Of a DNA stretch of 64,000 nucleotides, positions 11,106 through 23,950 are shown one piece after another; the first letter of the stretch is position 1, and each line of letters begins with the position of its first letter. The position numbers were made by a program, and so were the translations under genes. This stretch comes from Chrysomallon squamiferum. Its lineage: Eukaryota > Animalia > Mollusca. Location: the NCBI GenBank assembly GCA_012295275.1, contig CM022665.1:33232001-33296000 (forward strand). The letters run 5' to 3'. The notes under the pieces were generated by a model. That model did not search any database. It worked only from the letters and a program-made list of their open reading frames with translations, and was not told the origin of the DNA.

Positions 11106-13515
11106 GAACTAGCAGCTAACTATTACTACTAATAAAACTAGATACCTACCATACTTAGTGAATGTTACATGACTGTGTTCTTTACTTGCTCCTGAAATAA
11201 TAATAATAATAATAATAATCAAATCTGTAATATTTCAAATCAGTCCAGAGGTGATCAAGAGTTGAACATTTCTAAAATTTAGCAACAGTGAATGGGCTTA
11301 TTTATATTAAAAATTATTTTATTATTATTATTATTATTATTATTTTTTTTTTTCCTAACATCTCAGGAAGTCTTCGGTCATTGATCAAACTGACACGCTG
11401 ACACAACACAGAGTGTTCCTAAGCCAGATTTCTCAAACATAAACGATTTTATTTATTTATTTATTATTTTGTAGAAATCACTAATCCAAATCAAGAGTAT
11501 AACCTTAACATCGACACAATCAGCGGGCTACTCTAGAAACTCTAATATTTCATTGATGACGCTGTTATTTTAATTGGTAATTATATTTATATATTAAAAA
11601 GTATTAACATTTAGTGCTATAACAGTTCCCATTTGTTGTTATTCTTTTTGAATTAGTCAAAATTACCTGAATTTTCAGTAGAAACCTGTGCAAAACGTGA
11701 TGGTAAATCTGAAATGTATAAACATCCTATATATCATTATCTGTCTGTGCCTAATTAACCGTCCGTCCATCTAACTGTATAACCTATCTGTCCAGTTCTA
11801 AACTTTATCAAGAAAAATATACATATAAGTTAACATGAATTTAAGGAAGAATAATATAAAGAAATAACTTACGTGGATTGTCAGCTTTCACCTTGCGATA
11901 TGGTATACCAAGATCGCCTTTAATAAAGAGATAAATAATATTAATAATTAAATGGTCAGCCATCATATCAGTAGTTCTTATCAGCTAAGTCTTCATAAGC
12001 TGAGCCATACCTCAACGTTTTTATAATTAACAACATGACCAAGTTTGGATTTTATTTTCTCCTTTATTTTTATTGTTGTTGTTGTTGTTGTTTATTGTCT
12101 TTGTCACCACTTTTATTAGTAATATTATTACAAAGTGATAAAATAGTATAACAGTAAAAATAACAGTAATTGCAACAATAGTAGTAATAGTAGTAATATT
12201 TGTTGTTATTGTTGTTGTAGTAGAGGTAATCATTGTTTTTGAAATTAAATAATTTATACTTTTCTGAGTTTATCACTTTCTATGTGAATTAACTAAGAAT
12301 ACTTACTAAACTGATCCATTGTCAAATATACTGAAAATAAACAAACTTTGTTATCAGTAATTAACTGCATTTCTGATACAAATTATATATAAAGAAATTT
12401 CAGTTTTAAAAAGTGTATAATAATTCAGTAGCACTTATCCGCTTAGTCCGATGATGGTGATGATTCTGATACTTACAGTATGTATTAAATGGAGGCCATA
12501 TATCTGAGAAAAAAAGAAAAAAACATATTTTTTATACTCCCCGTTTTGCTATATTGTTCAGTCATTATTTTGTTTTTATACTATTTTGGGTTTTATTGTG
12601 TTTTTCCTGCTCATTATCTCAAATAAATGTATTTGTAAAAAAATATCTTGAGTGTAAATAACAAAAAGTTGATAAAAATTCTAAATAAATAAACATAACA
12701 AAATAAAATTAAAAATTAATATTATTAAACTTATTAATTGCTGAATGATTGAAAATTCACCTGTAAATGGTGTCACATCAGACACAAAGTCAACTGAAAA
12801 AACAATGCAAAACAAAAAAACATTATTATTATTATTATTATTATTATTGCTTATATATATGCATATATAAATTTGCATCTATAATATATATATATATAAA
12901 TAATTAAAAAAAATATATATATACTTACAATACTGGTCTGCAGTGAGAAAAGCTGAAACAAAAGATAGAAAAATGAATTAATATTGTGTGGTATTGTGCA
13001 TGTGTGTGTGTGTGTGAATGTGTATGCACTTGAGTGTGCACATGTGCGTGTGTTTGTTCGTTTTTGTGTTTGTGTGTGTGTGAACAATTTATTTAGTTCA
13101 TTTTCTAAAGATGACACTTAAACAATGGGATCATTGAGTATATCTGTGTGTAATACATACATACATAAACATATATATATATATGTGTGTGTGTATGTAT
13201 GTATATGTATATGTATATATATTTATATTACCTGTATTTACTTTAATCATGTTTGATCTCCAGCCTGCAGCAATCGACCATTGTGAAACCGATGGCCAGA
13301 CTTAAAAGATGAACAATTTCTTTTAAACAAATCAAAGCAAGTATTTGTTAAAGCTGCATCATTTAATACATACACATTATTTTAAATGTTTTGCTGGATA
13401 ACATAATACTCTTTCATTTCATAATCAATTAATAATATCATTACAGTATAATAATAAATTTCTACTCACCATTTAAAACAAGGATCCACAGAAGGTTTTG
13501 GCTGGCTGCAGACAT
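8822..13515 (-). CDS. Micro-exon-rich gene encoding a probable secreted protein with Ser/Thr-rich and basic C-terminal region (~450 aa)
   Basis: Exons 13515-13470 (MSAASQNLLWILVLN), 13300-13232, 12952-12929, 12793-12761, 12503-12477, 12330-12307, 11917-11873, 11708-11667, 11191-11150, 10655-10632, 10486-~10436 (donor uncertain) and 9714-8822. Internal exons are 24-69 nt, multiples of 3, phase 1 at both ends, and splice into one open frame that joins the 292-aa ORF. Confidence 0.8.
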
Positions 13516-16172
13516 AATTATTCAAGACTGAGGCTTCTTCCCTTTTTGATTTAATACTATGATGTGCATGATGTAATATGAATATCATATATCAGAATGA
13601 ACTGTGAAGGTGTCTACATTTAGTAGGTCACGTCAGTTGACCAGCAGTATAATAAATGACCATAGTCAAAATATTTTATCAGTCAGAAATATTTTTTCTG
13701 AGAGATAAGTGAGAAAAAGAGGTGGGTGCATGTGGTGTGTGTGTGTGTGAGACAGACAATGGATGGTTTACAGGATTGTTTTCTGATTGTTAATAATGAA
13801 TACTGGATTTTAACTCTGTAAACTAATAATAAGTAAAAAAAGAAAAAAAGAAGAAATAACTTAATTGCACACACACACGCTTGCACGCACGCACACAGAC
13901 ACACAAGAAAGTAAATTTACAAAGACAAAAAGTTTAATTCTGTCACAGCTTGGCATCTCAAGCATTTTTACGTAACACCTCTGTGACAAAATCAAAGCTG
14001 ATTATAATAATGGACTGTAGACTCATAAAATGCTTGAGTGATATGATACTTCTACTGAACTATTTTTGTATTTTTGTTTTTGTAATCTAGTTGAAAAAAA
14101 ATTCAACAAATGATACTGAATACAATGATTCTACTTAGATAGACTTATAGAGAGATAGATTATTTACAGTAAACTGATTTATAAATATCAGTAAATATCT
14201 AGTCACATATTAATATTTATTTCTAGATGACGAGCATATGTTCCATAGATTGTGTGACATTTGTAACTCCCATCTGTAATTTAACTTGTTCAGTTACTGT
14301 CTTTTGCTTTTTGTCTACTGACAACGTTTCCAGATTTATTTGTAACTGACAACATATAAATGCAGTCACATCTTTGCATTGTAATCATAATTAATTATGA
14401 AATGGTATACATGTTACAGGAAATATATATAATTCCTGAAAATTTCAGAAAATATGTGTAAAGTCTGGTTTGTTCAACAAATTGGTACATTACATAAAAT
14501 ACTACTCTTCATGGCCCAAGGTAATGATTTCAGGTAGTATGAAAAATTTTCACCATCAGATTTCAGGAAATGTGTGATCATGGGGAGCAGTTGTTCGCTT
14601 GCTGTCCCTCTAGCCATGCCATTGTAACTTAATCCAAATAGACAGCAAAATGCACTTATGTATGCAAAACTGACAGATAAACTCTCACCATGTGACAGAT
14701 CACCATGAATGAATAAAGCAATAAATGTGTGTCTGTTTGCTGTAGGATACTCCAAAAAGAACTCTTTGAGTAAGCATAAAAATTATTTTTGAAAACAAAC
14801 AAAAGAATTATAAATTGGTTACATATTAAAACAACCATAATTAGTCCAACGTCATTATTAATACATTTAAGAATTATAGAAGCAGATCCATAATTTGTAT
14901 ATAATCTAAATGTGTAAAACATATCAAATGAAACTAAATATAAAGGAAGATTTCCTGAAGCATTTAGAATTACAAGTTCTGAAAGCGTGTTGTAGGCTTC
15001 ATTTCAATTAACAACAGGCAGTTTGAGATGTGTTTATGTTCTGAAAACATGTTTTTTCATGTCAGTCTAAGTACATACAACATTATTTATATCAATATTA
15101 TCATTCAAGATATTTTATTAAGCTCATATGTCAACCTCATATTGCACATATTCTTTTACAATAACAAAGACTAAAGTTTGGTTTCAGGCTGAGCTATTAT
15201 GGCTTAAACACAGGACTGCTCTTAGGACAGCAGGCTATAATACTGTGGTATGATTAATAGTCAAATTCTCAACACATCTGAAAAGTCAGCTGTATTCAAG
15301 TGAGTGTATGAAATAACAGATACAGTACAATTAATGAGATACATGATAATCAGTGACAAGGCATGAATCAGCTAACTTGCCAGTGACAAAATAATTTTGA
15401 AATACACTACAGCTATTAAATGTCTGTTCATGAAAAAGGTTGTTTGTCAGAGCTGTTGTATGTAAAGAACAGTAAAAAAAATGTTAATACTGAAGAACAC
15501 TTTGCTGAATATGATGAACTTGTGCTTCCAATAAATTTCACTAGTATTAAATAAGAAAACTTTAAAATTCACTAGCATTGAGCTGGAAGTGTTTACTTCA
15601 CTTGATATTGTTGAATGTTTTTGTTTGTTTGCTCGTTGTTGTTGATTTTTTGTTGTTTTTTAAATATTAGTAACTATGTAAGCATGTGGTATCAGAGTGG
15701 CATAGAGTGCACATGACCAAGATATTATAGGCTCCTATGGAAACAGGTATAAACAATGCTACTTAAGTAAAACATTGTATCACTCTTTTATCTTCAACAC
15801 TTAAAAACACACAAAAACACACAAAATAGTGTGGAAGAATGAAAAATATATTTTAGTCTAAAATTTATCAATTGTTTTTATTACCCAACGTTTACTTAAA
15901 AGTCTTTAACTTTACAAGAGGCAATAACATTTTCATGTGCCGGGTTTTGAAGAAACTGTTTGGAGAATTTGAGTAAGATGCTCATAATAGTCATTTCTTA
16001 AATTCGTTTTATTCTTTTAATTCCATTAGAATAGACAGCACATAATAAAAGCAACTAAATATCGGCTGCATCTACATTTATTTACGATAATGATGTCACA
16101 TGCACAAACCAAATTTATGTTATATTTTTAATAATACATAATATCACTTCTGTGTATCTCAGCAGTATCTTA

Positions 16173-16214
<42 letters not shown>

Positions 16215-16269
16215 TTTAGAATAAAAATGTATGGGTTAATTCCATCTTATCGAAACAAAAAATTAAATA

Positions 16270-18640
16270 TATAGATAACGTCAAAGGTGGCTTTGATGTT
16301 GTACCTGACCTTGTTACAACAGGATCCTTTTGTAATGGAGGTTTGGGTTTTGAAGAATTGGTTGAGGATTATTCACATTGTATTTACTGCCATGATCTAT
16401 CTCATTGGCATAGCTATTTGGGTCTGAGGAACTGTCTCGTTATACATTACGTTCATTCTTTTTCAGTAGGTCACGACTTTTCATTTCGTGTTATGTTAAC
16501 TTGGTAACTTGATCCTCTATAATCTAGGAATCTGTTATGATTTAACAAGTCCTCGGTGTGCTGCTCGTAGCATAGATAGCTCATCTTTTGTTATGCTCTT
16601 TGGTACCATAATATGACCTCCACTGAATGTGATACCGTCGGTGGTACTTACCTCTTCTCAAAAATCATAGTATCCTCGGGTCTAGAGTTGACAATACCAT
16701 CCATATGAGGAACTTAGCGCATTCAACAGGAGTTTGAATGCATCGTCTCTTGCTCTTTCTCATGGTATGTCATTTAGTCCTGGTGGACTTATTTGTTGAA
16801 TGCTTGGGATATCTGTGATGTTCGTCTGAAAGCTACGTGTTTCATCTCCAGTCAAATGTGTTCCTTTTATCGAAGCTAGCTTAAAATAATAGCCTTTATT
16901 TTGTTTTTATTTGTTTACCTCATCATAATTTTTTATAGACCAAGAGTAACTAGTGCAAAGGTTTCTGAAAAATACTTACAAGTAGAAGATGATCTTTCTC
17001 AACAATAATGTCACTTCTTTCATATATAAATGTACATAATTTCATGAAGGCAAATAAACTGATATCATTTCATTCTCGATCTTGCCTTGGATCAGTATGC
17101 AGTTCACTGGAAATACTTTCCTACATATGCTAGCATTCCAGTTAACCTTTCAGTGTCATGAGGAGAGTCGGGTTTGGGCATTTCAGCAATGGCCTTGATT
17201 GTCTTGTGATCAGTTTGAGTTCCTTTGTTTGTAAGTTAATGCCTTGCGTACTTCACTTCTCGGAGAAACAACTGTCGTTTCTTCAATGAAAATGAAACTA
17301 TGTTCTGCAGTAGTGTTCCCTTTTAACAAGAAGTCACTTACAATGAACTCAAGTAAATCTATGCCTGAAAAGATATCTTCAAATATTCTCTGAAACAGTT
17401 CTTCTGTTACAGAAATGATACGAAGTACTTTGGTAGTCTCTTCTTCCAAAATCTTCCAAAAGGTGTATTGTAATTTCTGGATGCCTTTTCTAGCTGAAGC
17501 TGGAAATACACCTGATTGCATCAAGTACTGCAAAATATTCTGCATGGCCACAGCTCTGAGCTACTTCTGCTATACTGGTTGGATGATTCTCTCGTTGGAA
17601 TGCCTCATTCAAAGCTCGAAGACCAGTGCTTATTCTTAGAGTTCCATCCTTTATAGGTACTACATAAATTGAACTGCACCATGGCTGTGGTTCTCCAACA
17701 GTGTGATCGTCCACTAGCAGTTCACTTTCACAGCAGACTGAATGGTAACTGGGATAGGATGGCAGATGGCTAAGATACAGCAGTTGCGTCCGGGCTTACC
17801 TTCAGCTCGAACTCACCTATTTGTCAGTGCCAAGAAATACACCAATGTACATTTGTGGACATTTCTTTACTATTTCTGGTAATTATATAGCTACTAACTG
17901 TCTTCCAATATGTATTCTGTTGATTTGGTTCATTGTGATACTATTTTGCAATGTCAGTACATCCAGTACTTCACACTAAAAAATGGTTTCTTACATTTTG
18001 CACACTCTTTAATATGAGCTAAATATTGCTTTTGTATATGAGAGTACTCACATCGACCACAGTCCTTATGAACCTCCACAACGTTAACTTGGTAACTGCC
18101 TTCAGTGTTCAACTGTGATTCTGACTGGAGTCACCATAGCCACTTCGTCCGCGATAATTACAAAAGCATTTGATATTTGTACAGATAACATGTCATCTAC
18201 TTTGTCCCCAGATTCACAGAGCTTTGCCAGTTCGCGAAGTTTTGTTAAGTAAGTAGCAGTGGTTTGATTCTGTGCTTGATTAAATGCCTGATATTGGTAT
18301 AACAACACAGACACTTTCTATTTATTTTCACTTTCAGTTTTGCCACTGACTACCAAGAAAATGTCAAAGTCGTATTTATATTCTTTCCACGCTGTCACTA
18401 AAGGCGATTTGGTTTGGGCGGAAGGAAAAAAGGTTTCACCATTTTCGCGAATGTATTTAATGTCAGAACATTTTATTTATCAACTAAATTATCTAGTGCC
18501 TGTGGAATTTGCGAAAGAGCAACGTATAAACTCCGTTACGGCGTATTCTGCTCGTTTTGAAGATTTTCCAATTATTTTAAAACATCCTATACCATCAATT
18601 TGTTTAGTTTATTTGCTTATATTTTCTGACACTGTGTTAT
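16270..18640 (-). mobile_element. Degenerate Ty3/Gypsy LTR retrotransposon internal region (gag-RT-RNaseH-integrase remnants)
   Basis: Gag-like YLTKLRELAKLCE (~18250) and decayed Cys knuckle (~18000-18060); RT motifs PWCSSIYVVPIKDGTLR..LRALN, YFAVLDA, ELFQRIFEDIF (17370-17700); many stops and frameshifts; PBS-like CATAACACAGTGTCAGAA near 18625-18640. Confidence 0.8.
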
Positions 18641-20616
18641 GTTCTGTTTATCTAATTCCATTACGTTTGTTTCCGATAATGATTTCACGTGAGCATTTAT
18701 TCAGTACAGCCAGAAAAAACTGTTTTACTGGGGTTGCATTCTTACAGTAGCGTTTTAACTTGAATAGGCGTAAAACGAATCGATTTTAAAATATAAATGG
18801 TGGGACAGGTATCCAAAAATATAGTTTTATATAATTAAACAATGCTAATATGCGTTTTTTTTGGTTTTGTTTTTTTAATAACTGACATTAATATAAATAT
18901 TTATTTTTATATTAAATTAACAGAAAATGACAATTAACTGCTAGGCTGAAAGTCATCTGATAATAAAGAAAGAGGCTGTGAATCATCAGAAGATACAGTG
19001 GGACATGAAGACGTGGCTGCCTTGCTGAAGGAATCGAAAAGACCCGTTTATCTCGCCTTTCTTTTTTCTTCTTTAAGTTAATGCTACGTTTAAACTAATA
19101 ATGTACTTCGTTCGCAGTCTTTGTCAACTCTGCTACTCTCTTTATTTTGAGCATTAGCATCTGCAAAAATATAGTTACTAAGGTAAACCGATATGTGGAG
19201 TAGCCGAGTGTGCGGAGCGTAAATTCACCTATTCAAGTAATGTAAATATTATTTTTTAAATTATTTTTTTTTAATTTTTAAAAAAAAATTAATTATATAT
19301 TTGTTGTTCTTGTTTTTTGTTGAATTAATTAATTGTTTTATTATTATTATTTTTTTGTGTGTGTGTGTGTGTGTGTTTTATATATAAATTATAGTGTATG
19401 AACGATGTTCACAATACACGATCGTCAATCCGTCTAACCCATTTATAAAGGCACAACAAGTTTAAACAAAATATTTGCATTTTAGCTATTAATGATCTAT
19501 TAATGTATCTGCATTTATCTTCAGAAACTGTAATGCCTTCTCCTGAAGAAGCGAACTGTTGACATTTATTCTAAAACAGTGGCATTTGGGATCCATTTCC
19601 AAATCAACATGTTAATATCCTCATTTACTTTTCTCTATCTTTTTCTGGTAGGAGGCATAACCAGCACCTGCGCTTTTCTCTACTGTACATCAAAGCCAAT
19701 AAGAAATAAAACATTGAAAAACATGATTGCCCACATTTCTTGATAATTTGCAGCCGAAAAAAAAAATTAAAATGGTGTCGTTCGCCGCGTTTTGACAAAG
19801 TATGAAGTAAAATAACTGAGAACCTTGCTTTAACTAGTTACCATCAAGGAACAGATTGCACTGAATGCAGATACACTCTGTCGGAAGGCGGAAGAGCAAG
19901 TTACTCCTGCGAGTTGTCAAAATGCCTGTCACAAGACAAATGCTTTCCGTGCTTTTTTTTTTTTTTTTTTTTCTTTTTGTTTGTTTTTGTTGTGAAACTG
20001 GCGTGGACAGACGGAGTTCGTATGTTGGTTTATGCTTAGTTTTGTTTTTGGTGATGGAGACGGTTGTTGTTGCGATAATAAAATAGACAATATCTACAGC
20101 AAAAAGATATCACGGTCAGTTTTTATTAGTTGTTGGGATAAATAATTTCAGTTTTAAATGTTTTTTTGCAGGTAAATTTAAATTAATTATACATCTCTAA
20201 TTACATATTTATGAATTTAAATATGGCCACTTTTATATACTTTTTTGACGTATATAAAATTCGAATATTTATTTCATTTCCTTATTATATTTATTTTTTT
20301 ATTTTTCTGATTTTTGTTGAGAATAATCGAGTCGCCTCTTGGTTGTTATATTTGTTGTGCCAGTGCCTCTATGATCGTTTGTCTGCTTTACTTGATCTGA
20401 ATATTTAGCACTTTAAAAAGCGTTTTTGGGATCAAAACCAAGGGTGACAAGTATGCCCGTACCTTATTTACTACTCGAGCCTTTCCTTAAACTAAAGATA
20501 TTACACATTTTAATTTGCAGATGGAGCACACACACACACACACATACAGCCACAAACACCTGTGAATGCGGGCCAAAGTACATCATTAAATAAATAAATA
20601 CTTTTTTCTTTCGCAG

Positions 20617-20986
20617 ATCGTACAATCTGGAAGAATTAATGGAAATTTAATCATTCCGTGATCATTCCCAGATGTTTATGGAAGTTATACAAACTATTGT
20701 GGATAATATTGAGACACTATCCATGGAAACTCAGTATGAAATTATTGCGTTAGGCGCCACTCACGCCACATTTCAAGTTTTCAACAAGCAATACTTTCGC
20801 ATTTACACTAAGTTGGAAGTATGGGATCAGGAACTTGGAGAAGAGTTTATTCAGGAGGTTAGAGAATGCTGGATGTTAGTTTTTGAATATCTCATTTCCA
20901 AAATGACACAAGGTTTTGATCTGTGCCTCAGACACAATAGTTCTGAACCTTTTAATGGAATACTCACTGAAGAAAGGTTCTCGTAA
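20617..20986 (+). pseudogene. Globin 3' exon (helices ~D/E-H), apparently disrupted
   Basis: After acceptor ttcgcag the frame reads SYNLEELMEI*SFRDHSQMFMEVIQTIVDNIE...ALGATHATF...EVWDQELGEEFIQEVRECWMLVFEYLISKMTQGF: distal His (E7), LG-x-x-H proximal His (F8) and H-helix W..F..I..KM pattern typical of globins. In-frame TAA at 20648-20650; no upstream coding exon found. Confidence 0.75.
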
Positions 20987-21731
20987 CAACGCAGATATGG
21001 AGTCTAATAATAATTATTTTTAAGTTATTAAATTATCTTTATCAACTTTTCAATTAGGAATATATATATGCAATAATGTGCTCATTGTAATGTATTAAAC
21101 ATTAGAATTTTGTTTTAGAAACATTTACTGTACAAATATAACTCTAATAGCTAAAATAATTTTTAATTGATACTTTCAGTACAACCATTTGATGAACTTT
21201 CTTGTCAAGGAGAACAGTTTTTGTTGTTGTTGTTGTTGTTGTTCATTACCGACAGGGTAATTCATGGGGTTGTAGTTTTTAATGTTCAAATTTATTTAAT
21301 TATTATATAATATAACAGTTAATAAATATAACTACTTTTAAAATTTTTAATACCAAATAACTGTTCATAAACAAAACTAGATGAGATAGCATTGTTCATT
21401 CATTTATTTTATTTTCAGTTAAAATAATATATTTAATTTTATTAATATATTTCATTTATTTTAGATTTTTATTGTTATTTTTGTTCAAGCTAATAATTAT
21501 ATGAGTTGTAATCGACCTTATAAGTATGTGTATGTTTTTGTAGTAGCTGCGAACTGTTGTTTGCATTACTGATAATTTCTTGAAATTGTCCACTACAAGA
21601 AGGTGTAATCCAAACGAAAACAGATTACTAATATAATATATTAAAATTTATAGACTGCATATTGTGTAATTACTGTTCTAGTGAAAAATAACAGCCTATA
21701 ACTTGTCCGTTAATGGCAAAAGGAAGCAGTT

Positions 21732-23914
21732 AATGAATGAATGAATGTTTAACGACACTCGAGCATGAAAACATATCGGCTATTGGGTAAATACAACAAT
21801 GTGGTGATTACTTTATAAAATATTTGTAAAAATTATTTAAAACAGAGTACAAAGAGCTGTGCAAAAATAAAAGTATTACAGTTTAGTAAAATTCAAATTT
21901 ATAGTAAAATTCTGTAACTCTTAAAATTTTTAAAACAAGTTCAGGATGGAATCGAAATGATTTCATCACATTTATTTGACCTAATATATTTTTCCTAATC
22001 TGCTTAAGATAATGGCATTCCACCGAAATGTGGCGCACTGTCAGAGTACATACTGAGATGGACCATCCTTCTTCGAGATAAATGAATTAGTCAAATAAGT
22101 ATGACTGATAAGTATGTCCATCTTGCACTGCCTCTAGGAGGAATGTCAGTGTCCCAGGAATGGCTTGAAAGAATGAAGTTTGTTCGCGACTGCACCGTTT
22201 CAATCATCTTGCCAAACTGAAAAAAATATATTGGTGAATTTGGTATTTAAAATCATTGTAAAGCACACCAACCTTGACACGAGGCAAATCTAAAGCAGAC
22301 TTGGCTGATGCTAACATGACAGAGTATCTTATAAAAAAAAACAATATCTTTATTGGCATTAAATAAAAAGACGCACTTTCTTATATAACCTTCCCAAATA
22401 AGGGATGGTTCGGCTTCATAGGGGGTCACCTCACTGTGCCCGCACCAACTGTAATATATTACTGAAGCAGCCAAGGATAGCAAATGATGTAACAATAGGG
22501 GATTACAGTAGAGTTTATTTCTCAAAAGACTTATACATTTCACAGTCTAACAAAATGGGAGACGGAATAAGCATATTCTGTTGGGGTTTTCTGTCCTGTC
22601 AAGAGGAGCATTATCTGTTGGCGTATGTCAAAGTCAAGTTGCTGGTATTTCCTTCGTCTTGGTGCTAACTTTCCACCAGCTTTTAATTGTAAAATTGTAG
22701 CTTCAACAAAGGCCTGCTCTCTTTTAATCAACGGAACCAACGGAAAACTGATATCGCCGATTTTTAATTCTAATTTATAGTCAAAGTACACCAAATTGGC
22801 ACCACCCTAAGCACTTGGCACAAATCAAACATTTACCTGAGCGTTTGTCATTCTGTGTGATTTGTATTATGTCCGACAGGTATATATCAACATACTGACA
22901 CTGAACAATCATGTTATTATAGACAGATGTGTACATGTATTACCATTTAAGCTACAACAAATTTAAAAACAGGCTTGGATTCTGAATAAGTGTTCACTTT
23001 AATGACACTGACTATAGCGACTGAAGCGTTCAGCCATACCACTTAATTCATTAATAATCCCTACACTCCTATAGGCTGAGGGCACAGTGAGGTTAAACCC
23101 TTCATAGAACGTAATGCTGGGAGAAGCGAAAGTGAGTCGGTAAAAATCATAACTTTGGATGCAATAGAATCCTTTATTTCTTCCAAGGTTTTACGACTGC
23201 CAAATTTCAGCACTAAAGATCGATGTTGAGTCAGCCAATCACATGGAAAGTATTGCGTCTGATGGAAAAACTGTAGCACAAGTCCCAGAATTCCCCTACC
23301 TTGATCCATCTGTATGAACAGGAATGTGATCACGGTTCTTGTCTTTAATTTCCATGAAAAATTGTTTATATATAACACCAATGTGGTAAAAGTAAATATG
23401 AAGACGTTTTCAAAGTGTCGTTAAATCAGTGTTGGAAAGCGACAAAAAACACTTAATACGAAGACCAAATATACGAATAGCATTTGCTCTTGAATCAAAC
23501 AACTTCATACATGTATTGTCAAGCACCGCAATCTGTAAAAACGGGAATTCAACCTTTTAAAATCCCATACATCCTCCTGGCATCGTAAATCTTCTTCAGA
23601 ATAAACCCCCCACTGAAACTAGATGTTGACTGTGGATATAAACGTCCCTACAAAACGTTTCAAATCTAGCTACGTCTGGACCTGAACTCATTCTGCATGT
23701 TAATAAGCAGTTTGTAAGATTTCAAAAAAAAACAGACAAGTCTACGATTGATCATCCGTTACATGGTTTTACAAATGCAATTTGTCAAAGCAACAGGGCA
23801 GTAACTATTAGGACTGAACGGATCCTTACCAGGTTTGTGGATAAGAATAATAATTGGTTTCCTCCAATCAACAAATCCAGATGTTAATAAAAAAATATTC
23901 AAAAAAAAAAAAAA

Positions 23915-23950
<36 letters not shown>

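Noticed and set aside
14474-14755. 93-aa minus-strand ORF with protein-like composition
   Set aside because: No recognisable motif or compatible splice partners found.
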